A stretch of 64,000 nt of DNA from an uncultured virus (IMG/VR IMGVR_UViG_3300044825_001403) (IMGVR_UViG_3300044825_001403:1-64000), one strand, 5' to 3'; positions 1 through 12,118 are shown, counted from the stretch's first letter. Notes: generated from the sequence alone by a model not told the origin. A program made the numbers and translations.

Positions 1-284
1 ACACGACATTTACTGGGAATGTGATGAAGATGACTTCTTGAAGTTTGCCCGAGCACTTTATGATGAGGGTTATACTAAAGGTTTCAAAGTAGGGCACGAT
101 TCTGGTTGGGAACTAAATGAAGAAGTATCACGCAGAGGATTATGACTTACGAAGTTCAAACTTGGGATGACGCAGATGAAACTGTGTATTATGAAACCGT
201 AAAGGATGCTATTGATTATGAGAGTGCTCGTGATATAATTGTAGAGAAGTATCCAAATCGTAAAGTAATTGCTGTGATTAGAAA

Positions 285-2373
285 ATGACTGACTTTCAAC
301 CAAAACCACAAACACCAGAGCAAGTAGATGAAGGTCTGCGTAATGCTTTTAGACAAGCAAAGAAAGATGGTGTGATGGATGCTACTCCTCATCTTGAAAG
401 ATGGAATAGTTATGATGGATTATTAGTAAAAGTTCCAAAAGAATCTGGTTGGAAGTGCTACTTATTCGGCAATCGTCCTGGTGGAAATGGTATAATGTAT
501 GTTCCATCCGAAGGACGAGTGCCTAATCGTTTTGTGAGGTTTATGATGCGTATTTGTTTTGATTGTATGTGGGTGAAGGAGAAATGACTGAAAAGGTAGT
601 ATTTCTTTCAATCTCCCGTGTGATTGATCCAAAGACTGGTATTCATTACCTTGATGCCATTGATGAAGATGGTATTCATTGGATGGCACAGATGGATCAC
701 AAAACAGAACCACATTTGTGCTTTATAAGAGAATGGAGAAAAGACCCACAGCAACCCAGAATCTATGACTGACCTCGACAAACTACTTGAAAAATTTAAT
801 AGTCGTCCTCCATCACTGTGGAATATCATGCGACATGAGTTAGGATATTCTATTGATATGTGTGATGAGATTGTAGAAGCAGTGGAGCGATGGTTGCCGA
901 AGGAAGACCCACGACCTTCATATGATACGATGCAGTGGGATAAATGTGTTAGAATGATGCGTGAGAAACTTTGGGAGCAATCGGAATGACTGAAAATGAC
1001 ATTCAACAAATTAAATTGATCATTCAAGCAGAAGCAGAAAATCTTGCTTGTATGTTTGGGGATGGTCCTGATGATGTGCCTTATCAACTACAGTATATCA
1101 CTCAACATTATGATAAACTTAACACTTTCCTGAAGAACAATGACCAAAGAACAAATTGAAATCCTACGCTCACTCATCCGTGGTGAGATTGAAGCAGCAA
1201 TACAAAATGAAAATGGGTATCGTTTTGCTTTTGAGCAAGAGCAATCAAATGATCAAGGATGGGAAACATTCATAGATAGTTTCACTCGACTTAGAATGAC
1301 AACAACTGGAGGTGATAGTATTGGGAATGTTTGACTGGTTTCGCTCATCATATGATTTGGGAAAACCATTTACCGAAACTACATGCCAATCTAAGACCTT
1401 TAACGAGCGTTACAGGGGGTTTCTAGAGCTTTATTGGCTCGACCCATCTGGACGCTTGTGGGTCGTTGATGAAGCCAACACTTATGATATATTGGAATCT
1501 GATGATGCCCTGTTGGGGCTGGAATGGGTTCCAAACGGCACTCATGGCAAGGTAAAGCCTTGCACAATCTCCAAAACTGTGGTAGTATATCCACAGAACT
1601 ACGATGGTCGGTGGGAAGACTGGCCAGAGTGTGCTCTTACCTTTCTTAACGGGAAACTACAACATTATGAAACAAGACCAAGACCTATTCCCTCACAGCG
1701 GATTTCCAGTGCGGCTGGAGTATCAAGATGGGAAAGAACATAAAATTTGTTGGTTTCAATGTCAGAATCATCTTGATAAACATTTGACTCGATACAACCT
1801 CAAGGCTAAGGATGTTACCATCCATTATCAAGATCCAGAGCTTGCTGTGCCACTTCCTGTAGTGGAGAAGGAAGAACCTGTAGAAACACCGAAGAAACGT
1901 GGCAGGAAGCCCAAACAACAACTATTCTCTTCTCTAGATCAATTCTTTGAACCAAATGAAAAAACTGTGGCACCTGTGGGCACTAGCACTGGGCGAGAAA
2001 GCACACAAAAAAGACGACGTGGCAGACCGAGTAGCAATCGTTAGAACGATTATATTTGCTACGTATTTAATTACGAATGCGTTCATCGTTGCTGGTGTTA
2101 TTCGCCATTGGAACGATGAACCAGCACAAATTATTATTGAAGGAGTACCTGATGAGCGACCAGAAAGAACAAACTTTTTATGATGAGGGAGCATTTTATC
2201 TAAAGAAAACTCCTTATGGACTTTGGCACTCTTTCGACAAAGATGAAAAACCTATTATCACATCTCTCACAGAAGAACAATGTGTTAATGCTACTCGATG
2301 CTATCTTAAATGGTTGCAAGAGGGATTCCCAGAAACAAAAAAACATGAAGGAACAGTAGGTGGAAAACTCTAA
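285..2373 (+). CDS. Run of small overlapping hypothetical phage genes (285-587, 584-772, 765-989, 986-1159, 1140-1334, ~1327-1743, 1667-2044, 1956-2183, 2152-2373)
   Basis: Tightly packed + strand ORFs, several coupled by ATGA overlaps; typical T4-like accessory region; no function recognisable. Confidence 0.7.
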
Positions 2374-2520
2374 ATATCCATATCATGTGTTGGATCCAAC
2401 GACACCATGGTATGACTGGCTATGCTATTGTGAAATCTGTCATCAGTTACAAGTTGTGAACCAGCCCAGTCTTGGGCGATTTATGCGTTATCGTAATTAC
2501 TTGAAAGAAGTTGGAGTCCT

Positions 2521-3033
2521 ATGAACATTTTTGTCACAAATCCATTTCCTGCCGAAAGTGCTATTTGCTTACCAGATAAACATATTGTTAAGATGCCCCT
2601 GGAATGTTGCCAGATGCTTAGTATTGTTGCTTCTCCTTGGTATCATTCTTACGGAACTTTGGGAAAAACAGACGGGACGCCCTATTCGACACAGAAAGGT
2701 GCTTTCCGCAATCATCCATGTACGAAATGGGCAGCAAGCACCGTGGATAATGCCTACTGGCTTATCAAGTGGGGAATGAATCTGTGTGACGAATATAATA
2801 TCAGATATAATAAAGTACACTCCTGCTATAAAACATTAGTTGATGCTTACTATCTCTTTCCAAAAGGTAAGATTACTAACGTAACACCATTTGCCCGTGC
2901 TATGCCTGATGAATTTAAACTTGACACAAGCATTGACACTTTTACTGCTTACAAGATGTATATTTCGTCCAAACCTTGGGTTGCATCTAATTATATTCGT
3001 ATGCCAGAACGTAAACCTGACTGGGTAGCATAA
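2521..3033 (+). CDS. denV: Pyrimidine dimer DNA glycosylase / endonuclease V-like protein
   Basis: MNIFVT..P..SA..LPDKHIVKMPLECCQMLS and NHPCTKWA motifs of the Pyr_excise family; GGAG RBS. Confidence 0.8.
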   Translation: MNIFVTNPFPAESAICLPDKHIVKMPLECCQMLSIVASPWYHSYGTLGKTDGTPYSTQKGAFRNHPCTKWAASTVDNAYWLIKWGMNLCDEYNIRYNKVHSCYKTLVDAYYLFPKGKITNVTPFARAMPDEFKLDTSIDTFTAYKMYISSKPWVASNYIRMPERKPDWVA

Positions 3034-3035
3034 TT

Positions 3036-3571
3036 ATGACTGATTATAACTTTGAATATCAATCTTTGGATGACAAAATTCGTAATCTTGAAATTGAAGT
3101 GGAACGATTGAAAAATGAACAAATTGAGACGGACAATACTCTGTATGAGATCCTGAACAGACTTGACATGATGGATCAAAACGAGTATACTCTCAGAAAC
3201 TACAACCTCGGAGATGCCTGATGACCACATACAGCGATGTCTGGAACAATATGAATGAACTGGACATGATGACATCCAAACTTGGATACATCAAAGAAAT
3301 GATAGAAACCGCTCTTGAGTATCTTGATAACAATGATAAAACCAGAGCAGAATCATTGATGTATGCTTCTTGTGATTATATCAAGTATTATCTTGAAGAT
3401 TATGATACCAATTTCCAACGTGCTTGGGGTACAGCAATTCAAGCAGGAAAAGAACTTGATGATGTAAGAGCAAAACTCTCTCGTTTTGAGAATCCAGATA
3501 ATCCTCAATACACTGACGAGGAAATGGAGGCAATGTCAAATCAAAATTATATTAAAGAGTTACTAGAATGA
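3036..3571 (+). CDS. Two coiled-coil hypothetical proteins (3036-3221, 3221-3571)
   Basis: Translationally coupled ORFs (TGATG), helical acidic sequences. Confidence 0.7.
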
Positions 3572-3840
3572 AGGAAATACATCTGTTCGTACAGGAAGGA
3601 TGCCGCCCTTGCATGTACGCCGAAACACAACTAAAGAAAATAGAAGGTTGGGAAAATGTAGTGAGCATTACTCCAGCGAAGCAAAACGGTGAATGGTCTG
3701 AATTTGCCAAGCAATGTGGTGTTGAAGCAACACCAACCCTTGTTGCGTTGATTGATGGCAACATTGTTGCTCGTATGGCTGGATCACAAAACATGACCAG
3801 TTCATTCTGGCAAACTACAATTAATAATCATGGAAAATAA
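3568..3840 (+). CDS. Thioredoxin/glutaredoxin-like protein
   Basis: CRPC active-site motif near N-terminus and V.ATPTLV cis-Pro motif. Confidence 0.8.
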   Translation: MKEIHLFVQEGCRPCMYAETQLKKIEGWENVVSITPAKQNGEWSEFAKQCGVEATPTLVALIDGNIVARMAGSQNMTSSFWQTTINNHGK

Positions 3841-4326
3841 TACTTTATTTGTTTGTCAATGTGGTGATGTGAGTCATCAACTAATCATTTCTTATGATTC
3901 AGATCCATTTTTGAATGATAGCATTTGGTTTCAAATTCATCTAGGTGATGTTGGTCTGTTGAGACGAATTAAATATGCTTTCTTCTATATTCTTGGCAAG
4001 AAATCAAAGTATGGTTGTGGAGCATTTTCTGAGGTTTTGTTTGACAAGAGCAAAACCAAACAACTGATTGATACACTTATTAAACACTATGAGGTAATGA
4101 GTTAATGGCACTATCTGAATCTGTAGCTACCAGTCTAAAAGAAGCAGAAGCATCACTTCGGAATGCTTTAGCGTATGCTGCTCGCCAAGAGCGTCCGCTT
4201 GTGTGTAAAACTATTTCTTCCATGATTGGTGAAATCGACACACTTATGAAAATTGATGATTTCATTGATAAAATGGAAGAGCGTCTAGGAGGTGATAGGA
4301 ATGGATGGGGACCTTTCACTAGTTGA
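3830..4326 (+). CDS. Two hypothetical proteins (3830-4105, 4105-4326)
   Basis: Coupled ORFs; the second (SL.EAEASLRNALAYAARQERP) resembles a common cyanomyophage protein. Confidence 0.7.
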
Positions 4327-5005
4327 TAAAATCGGTATAGATTTTAAACTACTTAAAGCATTAATCTATCACTATACAAAAATAGAAGGAATCATCAAGT
4401 GGGAAACTTGGGAAAAAATCATCGCAAGATCCTGTGATGGTGAATGGATTTCTGGTGATAAGTATATGGCAGATGCTATTAAATCTAACTACGGGTTTAA
4501 TATAAAATCTGTCAAAAAACCTTTCAGTAAGACAAAATTTGAGCAGTACATTGACTATATTCAGTGTCGTGTACCGATTCAAAATGAAAGCTCACTGACA
4601 GCAAATCAAATAGGTGATGAAATTATCAAAACTTTAATTACTAAAAAGAATGAAAGTTTTGATGATTTGAATATTGACACCATGATTGATGTGATCATCG
4701 TACATAATAGATTTGGCGATGATTATAACATCAGAATGTTCTTTGATTATCAACCAGATTATAGTCAGTACAACTATACATGGATTGATAATTGTGGATA
4801 CATTGACAATGATAAGAAATGGAAATTCAAGAGGAACAAACCAGACAAATATGGTCAGACAAGATTGAATGTAAAATCTAAATTGTCTTTATCCAATTGT
4901 GACTTGGATTTCAAGGTAGTTTGCCCTGTAAAACCAGATCCTACAGAAGAAGAACTACTATCAAATTATGACAAGTATGTAAATACAATCCGAAGAAAAT
5001 CTTAA
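4301..5005 (+). CDS. Putative restriction-endonuclease-like (PD-(D/E)xK) protein
   Basis: AT-rich 234-aa ORF with WE....A...G.W......AD......FNIKS spacing compatible with an E...D...xK nuclease core. Confidence 0.35.
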   Translation: MDGDLSLVDKIGIDFKLLKALIYHYTKIEGIIKWETWEKIIARSCDGEWISGDKYMADAIKSNYGFNIKSVKKPFSKTKFEQYIDYIQCRVPIQNESSLTANQIGDEIIKTLITKKNESFDDLNIDTMIDVIIVHNRFGDDYNIRMFFDYQPDYSQYNYTWIDNCGYIDNDKKWKFKRNKPDKYGQTRLNVKSKLSLSNCDLDFKVVCPVKPDPTEEELLSNYDKYVNTIRRKS

Positions 5006-5061
5006 GTTCTTTTATTACTGAGGTAAATAGTGTTAGGATATCAACACATTGCAATCACAAC

Positions 5062-5226
5062 ATGACTTTCCCCAAACAACCAAATAGCAATCTCAATCAA
5101 GAAGAATGGGCTGAAATGATTGCATTAAGAAATGCAATTCATGATCTCCCTCAATCAGTTTCTCCAGAAAAAATGGAACAATTTACAGAATATCTTGTGA
5201 GAAGCATACGAGAGAATGGTGGGTGA
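5062..5226 (+). CDS. Small hypothetical protein (54 aa, not in ORF track)
   Basis: ATG 5062 to TGA 5226, MTFPKQPNSNLNQEEWAEMIALRNAI... Confidence 0.6.
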   Translation: MTFPKQPNSNLNQEEWAEMIALRNAIHDLPQSVSPEKMEQFTEYLVRSIRENGG

Positions 5227-5280
5227 CAGTTAAGCAAGTGGCACAGGGGGCTTGACACCCCCTTTGTTTTGCCCTATATT
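5223..5280 (+). promoter_or_regulatory. Early sigma70-type promoter with upstream dyad element
   Basis: GTGACAG-N8-GTGGCAC (5223-5244), TTGACA 5252, 17 bp spacer, TATATT 5275. Confidence 0.85.
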
Positions 5281-5305
5281 AAGTGAGTCAACAACGGAGG
5301 ACCAC

Positions 5306-5719
5306 ATGGCAACCCGCTCACGCATCGGCATCATGCTTCCCGACGAGTCTGTGCTCTCGGTGTATCACCACTGGGATGGCTATCCCGAGTGGCTGGGTCG
5401 TATTCTTAAGACCCACTACAACAGCCGTGAGAAGGCTGCTGAGCTGATTGATGGTGGCGATATGAGCTGCTGCTGGACTGAGCTTCCCATGGATCAGGAT
5501 GGCAACCCTTCCGAGTATGGTCCTAACTACTACTCTCAGCGTGGTGAGGATTGCCCCCCTCGCCTCGATGCCAACAAGTATGATTACTTGGCAGATGGCG
5601 AAGAGTATGCTTACATCTTTACGCTCGATGATGAGTGGATCTGCTATGATCGTCACCAGTTTGAAGAGAACACTATGCCCACCATTGCCGAGATTCCTAC
5701 GGGAGCACTGGCAGTCTGA
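5306..5719 (+). CDS. Conserved phage early hypothetical protein
   Basis: GGAGG RBS; MATRSRIG...SVYHHWDGYP..LG and EEYAYIF motifs of a widespread phage family. Confidence 0.8.
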   Translation: MATRSRIGIMLPDESVLSVYHHWDGYPEWLGRILKTHYNSREKAAELIDGGDMSCCWTELPMDQDGNPSEYGPNYYSQRGEDCPPRLDANKYDYLADGEEYAYIFTLDDEWICYDRHQFEENTMPTIAEIPTGALAV

Positions 5720-5766
5720 CAACTGGCACACACCACCCCACATCGGGGTGGTTTCACCCCTATAAT
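5708..5766 (+). promoter_or_regulatory. Early promoter: dyad element, GC hairpin and TATAAT, no canonical -35
   Basis: CTGGCAG-N8-CTGGCAC 5708-5729; CCACCCC/GGGGTGG stem; TATAAT 5761. Confidence 0.75.
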
Positions 5767-5789
5767 GAGTAGGTACTCAAGCAAACGAC

Positions 5790-6666
5790 ATGGCTACTGA
5801 CACCACCCAAGACGCCCAGATTCGCCACACCATCCGAATGGCAGTGCTGGACATGGATCTTCGTCTGCTCCAGCGTATTGCCTACGAGGTTCGTTGTGAA
5901 GAGATGGGTATTCACCCTGACACTTGGCAACTGTATCCTATTGAAGACTAATTGTAAACCTTATTATTTTATTACCATGAGCAAGCAACTTCTGATCTCC
6001 ATGCTTCGTAAAGGTTCCAATGGCGAACAAATCCTGAGCATTCTTGATGTCATCACCAGTGATGTTGTGACTGAAGAAACCAGCGAATCATTTGCTGCAC
6101 CTACCCTTGAAGAAATTCCTTTCTGATTATGATTTCTCTTCCTGTAATCAATCAACCAATCGTTGAAGATACCAACGAGAATCTTCACATTGATCAGAAT
6201 GATCTTAGCATTACACTGACATTCAATGAGCATGAGATGCTCTGTGATGTGCTGCTTCAAGCAGTCAATATGATTGAATTTGCTTGTCCTTATGGGTATT
6301 TTGATTTGCCTATGGAGAGCGAACTAATCAAACGATTCTCTACGATTGAGAATCTTCGTGAACGCTTTAATGAATCTTGGTCCGACCGCTTTAACAAAAA
6401 TGAAATTCAGTGATCTTAATTTTCAGCCACATACAATTAGTGGTGGCGTTCAAGCACGACACTTTTTTCCCAATGGATACGGTGTGAGTGTGGTTCGTTT
6501 TCCTGGTTCATATGGTTATGTGCAGGGATTGTATGAAGTAGCAGTTCTCAAAGGTACTGAAAATAATTGGCAACTGTGCTATGATACACCTATCACCGAT
6601 GATGTTCTTGGTCATCGTGATGAGACTGATGTAGAAAATATTATGGAGGAAGTAGAAGCATTATGA
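5790..6666 (+). CDS. Four small early hypothetical genes (5790-5951, 5977-6126, 6129-6413, 6400-6666)
   Basis: Consecutive ORFs downstream of the promoter; starts reassigned to ATGs; last has F.NGYGVSVV...GSYG...GLYEVAVL phage motif. Confidence 0.7.
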
Positions 6667-6784
6667 TTACAACTATTATGGCTGCGTTTGCCTTTGGTTA
6701 TTGTGTTGCTGATATTATTATCAGCATCAATAACAAAAAACGTGACAAAGAACTTTTAGAACAAATTCTTGGAGAATCTAAACG

Positions 6785-7192
6785 ATGAAACAACAAAATG
6801 GTTTTCTGTCTGCTGAAGGTTATCTTTTTGTGACTGGTGTAGTTGTTGTGATTGCTGGTCTTGTATTTGGTCTGCCTCAGTATGGCGTATGGACTAAGAC
6901 TTTGAATGGCAAAGCACAACTTCAGGAAGCAGAATACACCCGCCAGGTTGCTGTGCTTGAGGCACAAGCAAAGAAAGATTCTGCTCAACAACTTGCTGAT
7001 GCTGAAATCATTCGTGCTACTGGTGTTGCCAAGGCAAACCAAATCATTGGTGATAGTCTAAAAGACAATCGTGAGTATCTACAGTATCTGTATATCACTG
7101 GTCTTGAAGATGGTAGCAAGAATGGTAATGTGACCATCTATGTGCCCACCGAAGGTGGAATGCCTGTCCCTACACTTCAAATGAACAAATGA
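6785..7192 (+). CDS. Membrane-anchored SPFH/prohibitin-like coiled-coil protein
   Basis: N-terminal TM helix then A.AEIIRA.GVAKAN.II..SL....YLQY..I pattern typical of prohibitin C-termini. Confidence 0.6.
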   Translation: MKQQNGFLSAEGYLFVTGVVVVIAGLVFGLPQYGVWTKTLNGKAQLQEAEYTRQVAVLEAQAKKDSAQQLADAEIIRATGVAKANQIIGDSLKDNREYLQYLYITGLEDGSKNGNVTIYVPTEGGMPVPTLQMNK

Positions 7193-7549
7193 TTGAACTC
7201 CTCGCTAGTGCTCTTATTGCTTCCAGCAATCAATCCGAGCAAATCAACCGATTCTGTGCTTATGTTGTGGGCATCCCATATGCTAGTGATAACTTCACTG
7301 ACGAGGAATGGGAAAGGTTTAAATACTGTAGAGAACGATTAGGATATGATAACTAAAGATGGATATGCTACGGTCCCCTGGGGGGACCGTTTTGTTTTAA
7401 TACATAATGGATTTCAACTCAGTGATCATAAGACAGATGCTGAGGCTATCGAAGCCCTTAAGAAACACAGAGAAAAAGAGAAACAAAAGCAAACACCTAA
7501 AAAGCCAAGGAAGAAAAAATAAATATCCATGAAGGAATAGTGCATTAGA

Positions 7550-9709
7550 ATGGCAGAGTATAAATTTAAGGATATTCTAGATCCTTCTCCAGTATCTGGA
7601 AAAACGCCAATTAAATTGTTTTTAAATGCCTGCCGTGAGAAACAATCATCAAACACCAAGTCAAAATTATATAAAACATTAGAACAAAAAGGTAATGAAC
7701 CATTATGTTATGAAATGACATTTAATGGCAAGAAATACATTACCTTTTATCGCAAAGCACTTGAGATCATTTCTAGTAAAAAGATAAAAACAGTATTCAC
7801 AACAAAAAGCATAGAAGCATTAATTAAAAGATTGCTTGGTGATTATCCACAAGGATTATCAAATGATGATTTTTTTGAAATGATTTCTATGAATGATAGT
7901 AAAACCACATCTGAAAAGCAAGACTTCACTTGCTATGCAGTGTGGTATTTTTTTAACAATAGAAATGATGCCATCTATGACTTCTATGAGAGTTTAAAAA
8001 CTACAAATGATTTGCTCTCAAATAACAAATCAAAATTATATGTTTCATCATCTTCAGATACGTTAAAGGAATTCTCGTTAATTCACAATTATTCTTATGT
8101 TTTAGACTCTGTAGCTGTAGCTAAGAGCATTATCAGGAATCGTAGCAAACTGAATATAAGAGGTTCGTTGTCTTCATATAATATAGCAGAAGAAGATTCA
8201 TCTGAAGGCATTCGATACAAATCAGTTCCATTCAAAAAGATTGCAAATACAGAGACAAATTATTATAATGCACCAGACAAACTAACGACAGCAGATATAT
8301 TCATCTATCGACCACAAGCAGAAGGAATGCGAACATTGAATCGAGTGTTCAGTGGTAGAACATTGACACATAAACAATATCAAAAGTTTATGGATGAAGG
8401 ATTTAAACGTGGTGACATCATTCCTATATCATTAAAACAATTAAGATTGACAACGATTAGTGATAATTTGATCACTAGTTTAATTAAAGTAATTGGTTCA
8501 TTTGATGATCTTAACAAAGATGTAAAAGATCCATTCTTCTCCACAGTATTACATCTACTATCAATTAAAGATAAACAAGAATTTGTTAATGAACTGGAGA
8601 AAGTAATTGAAATTGATAATAGTAGTTTCAATTACAAATTAAAAGAGATTGGTAGAACTACATTTGAATTTGGTATTAATTTTGTTGATTATAAGAAGAC
8701 TACACGATACCAAGCATTCTTGCAGTCTGGTCAGATATATTTGACACCGATTGAAACAACTGGTTCTGCTTCTGGTATTGGTGGTATCACAAGAGATTAT
8801 ATTAACTCACAAATCATTCGTAAATTGCCAGAAAAGAATAGATTATTTGCTAGCATCAAAGAAATACGAAAAGCAGCATTTCAGGACAAGTTTAATATCA
8901 CTGCTAACTTTACATCAAAGGAATTTCCTGCATTAACCTATTCAAAACCAACAATCAAAAAGAAAGAAGAACTTGTATCCGAAGCAGTTAAACTTGGTAT
9001 ATCCGATAGAAGAAGTGTAGAAAGAAACTTAAATCTTACTGATAAAAGAAAAGCACTTGTATATGAAACAAATTTAATCAATAAGATCTATTCTCTATCA
9101 AAAATTAATAAGCATACTCAATTAGTAAACATTGCAGTGAGATTTAAATTGCTTGATCGTACTACAGCAACACAAATGGAAATCAAAGATTTGGGTAATT
9201 TAATTGCTCAATCAAAAGCATACAATGGTCTATCAAACTATGCAGCATTGATGAAATCTGACTTGATGAGTCCAGGTGATTTAAGCACAGTATTTGCACA
9301 AATTGATGAAAGCTTACGACCAGTGATTGCTAGAAGATATATTGAGAATATTACTGCACATATGGGTGGTAAGGCAAGAGAAATCATAAATGATTTTGAA
9401 AGAGAATTTGAACGAAAGCCAGACTTCTTAAAGAATACCAAACCAAATCAAGCAAAGGTACAATTTTCAAACAACACAAAGATATTCTTTGAGAAACTAT
9501 CTTCATATGAAATGTTATACTTGTGTTCTGCAAATGAAGATGTAATCAAGAAATGGATTAAGAACTCATTCATTATGTCTGTATATGCTCTTGCTGCAGC
9601 ATATGGTGTGGTGATATTCGATGGAAAACGTTACACATTAAAGAGCGGCGATGCCACTTTTGTCAAGATGGTAAGGAAAAATCCAATCTATGTAAAGATT
9701 GGCGAATGA
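7550..9709 (+). CDS. Large AT-rich hypothetical protein, possible PD-(D/E)xK nuclease
   Basis: 719 aa; PDKLTTADIFIY...IIPISLKQ motif; preceded by AATAAATA late-promoter-like site at 7518. Confidence 0.5.
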   Translation: MAEYKFKDILDPSPVSGKTPIKLFLNACREKQSSNTKSKLYKTLEQKGNEPLCYEMTFNGKKYITFYRKALEIISSKKIKTVFTTKSIEALIKRLLGDYPQGLSNDDFFEMISMNDSKTTSEKQDFTCYAVWYFFNNRNDAIYDFYESLKTTNDLLSNNKSKLYVSSSSDTLKEFSLIHNYSYVLDSVAVAKSIIRNRSKLNIRGSLSSYNIAEEDSSEGIRYKSVPFKKIANTETNYYNAPDKLTTADIFIYRPQAEGMRTLNRVFSGRTLTHKQYQKFMDEGFKRGDIIPISLKQLRLTTISDNLITSLIKVIGSFDDLNKDVKDPFFSTVLHLLSIKDKQEFVNELEKVIEIDNSSFNYKLKEIGRTTFEFGINFVDYKKTTRYQAFLQSGQIYLTPIETTGSASGIGGITRDYINSQIIRKLPEKNRLFASIKEIRKAAFQDKFNITANFTSKEFPALTYSKPTIKKKEELVSEAVKLGISDRRSVERNLNLTDKRKALVYETNLINKIYSLSKINKHTQLVNIAVRFKLLDRTTATQMEIKDLGNLIAQSKAYNGLSNYAALMKSDLMSPGDLSTVFAQIDESLRPVIARRYIENITAHMGGKAREIINDFEREFERKPDFLKNTKPNQAKVQFSNNTKIFFEKLSSYEMLYLCSANEDVIKKWIKNSFIMSVYALAAAYGVVIFDGKRYTLKSGDATFVKMVRKNPIYVKIGE

Positions 9710-9721
9710 ACACACGAGGGC

Positions 9722-9749
9722 TTGACAGCCCCTCTCGCTGTGCTATGAT
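9722..9749 (+). promoter_or_regulatory. Sigma70-type early promoter
   Basis: TTGACA-N16-TATGAT with TGn extended -10. Confidence 0.7.
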
Positions 9750-9774
9750 ACGGGGGTAGTCAAGGGAGAACCCC

Positions 9775-12070
9775 ATGAGCACCACCACTAAAAAGCCTTA
9801 TCCTCTCGGTCTTGACAACCCCATGCTCATTCGTGCTAGGATTGGCACGACCAAATGGGAGATCATCGACCGTGAAACCCGCCAATGCCTCGGAGTTTAC
9901 CCGAATGAGCTTATCGCCTATGATTGCCGACGAGCCATGCTCCGCAACGCTGGATACGATGCCTGAAGACTTTGTACGTCTCAGTTTTGGAGAGCTTAGC
10001 TATCTTATCTCAGCTCTCCAGTATCTCAACAAACATATCCAAGTTCATCTGGAAAATCACACAGAAGTTGACGGTAACGAACTCTATGCTAAACTATTTG
10101 CTGCTTGGGAGGCACTTGAACCGAATGACTGACGAACAGTATGAACTCTATGTCACCAAAACAGGTGAGACTGACATTGATGCTCTCTTCTGGAAAGGTA
10201 TCGAGGAAGCTGCTGCGGAACTTGAGGTGACTGTAGACTATTATCTTGCGGAGTTTATGTAAATGAAGTACAAAGACATCACAAAGATGCGGAACTGTCC
10301 TGAATGTGGGACAAATTGGGTGGATAAACCCATTCCCAAAGAGTATCGACAGAACTATCGTCCTCCGTATTTCTTCTCTCGTGTAATTGGTATTGAGTTT
10401 CTTGGTGAGGATAGAATCAATCATTGGTTGTGTCCTGATTGCAAGCATGAATTTCCACGAGGTATGGGATGAAGTCGATCATTTTTGTTCTCATCGCTCT
10501 TGGTGTAGCATCTTATACACTACATCAAGATTCACAACTTGGTAAAATTCACTACAATAAATATCATTTGTCCCATGGCAACTAACATGACTAGCCTAGA
10601 ACAAGCAGAAGCTCTCATTAAAGAATATGCTGAGCTTATCAAAACACAACAAGGTGAAATCATTGGTCTCCAACGTGAAATCAAGCATCTTCGTGGTGAG
10701 ATTGATGAATTGCGTTTTGAACTTATGTCCGAATTGAATAAAGAATATGATTGCTGATTTAATTATTGATTTTGACAATAGTTTAAAGCATGGTCATGTA
10801 TATCTTGTTGAGGTAAATTTGCCTTGGCAAGATCATCCTGACGAAGCACCAAATTCGATTACTGCCGATGTATATGTCGTGGCAGCAAACTATTATCAGG
10901 CACAGTATATTGTACAAACTATGTACCCAGATGCTTTGGGCGTGAGCGTATATGAAGAACCAATCAACGAATACGAGTATGCTGCCCGAAGGAACAGAAG
11001 TGTATTATAGAGGCATGTATGGTCATGTAAGATTTGCCTGCGAGCAATATATGACAGTATGCATAAGAGAATTTCCAACTGAAAGAGTGAGGGATGTATG
11101 TTTAATCGTATATCCCCAACAATATAATGAACTTGAACTTGTACGAGGAAACCATTCACACGAACAATGACTTATTTTTCTGACTTTGACACAACTGAAT
11201 ACTACTACGATGATTACAACGTGAGGAAGAGTATCCTACGAAACGTTGAAGACATCTATCTTGAGGACAGTCACGAAACTGTCCCAATGGACCTGATCGA
11301 AGAGCTTGAGGAGCTACAATAACCTCAGTTCAACCAACACACCATGAGCACCAGCGAAATCACCACCCGCCAGCTTGAGAGTCTTCTGAGTGGGCTGGAG
11401 AAATCTCTTAGTGTGACCAAAGATCCCGAGACTCAGAATGAGAAGGGGTATCCTTATTGTTATGGTTATCTTGAGGCGACTGTAAGTAACGCCATCTATG
11501 AATTGAAAGCCATTCTTAAGAATCAATGAGTAAGTTTCAATCAACCATTTCTACGGTAGCAGCACTGGCTAGTATCTTCGGTGCTGCTGCCGCTGGTTAT
11601 AAACTGGCACAACAGCAGCCAGAACCAAAAATAGAGGAGCCACAGCCTGCTATTGAACAGAAGCTGACCCAGTTGGAGCAGAAGCTAGAAGAAAAGCTCT
11701 CCACACCCCTCCAGCAGCCCCTACAGCAGGCTCCAAGCACTCCACAGCTACCACCCACGCCACAAACACCTCCCCCCGCTCCAGAGCCACCTACACAAGA
11801 GGTAACACCATGAAAATGCGTATTATTCAAAAGCCATCTTTGACAAATCATCCTGATATTCATTGGTATCACGCTCAGGTCCGTCGATTTGGATTCTGGG
11901 TGAATTGTCGTGATGATTTGTTCATGATGTTAAAGTATACGAGTGACATGATGGCACAATCATGGGATACTAACATCGAACGAGTGGAACGTTTCGTGGA
12001 TCATGCCATGCGTGGGGAGGAAATGTATCCTAAATCAAGCAACAGAGTGGTGAAAGAGTACCACACTTGA
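9775..12070 (+). CDS. Cluster of small hypothetical genes incl. a Zn-ribbon protein (10263-10472) and a TM/Pro-rich protein (11526-11813)
   Basis: Packed + strand ORFs; CPEC...CPDC in 10263; hydrophobic N-terminus and PQ/PP-rich tail in 11526. Confidence 0.65.
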
Positions 12071-12095
12071 CACCATCCCCATAATCTGCTACACT
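12067..12095 (+). promoter_or_regulatory. Sigma70-type promoter
   Basis: TTGACA-N17-TACACT, followed by GGAGG RBS and ATG 12119. Confidence 0.75.
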
Positions 12096-12118
12096 CATAC
12101 CACACTCAACGGAGGAAC

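Noticed and set aside
5223..5244. Dyad as a CRP or NtcA site
   Set aside because: Does not match TGTGA-N6-TCACA or GTA-N8-TAC
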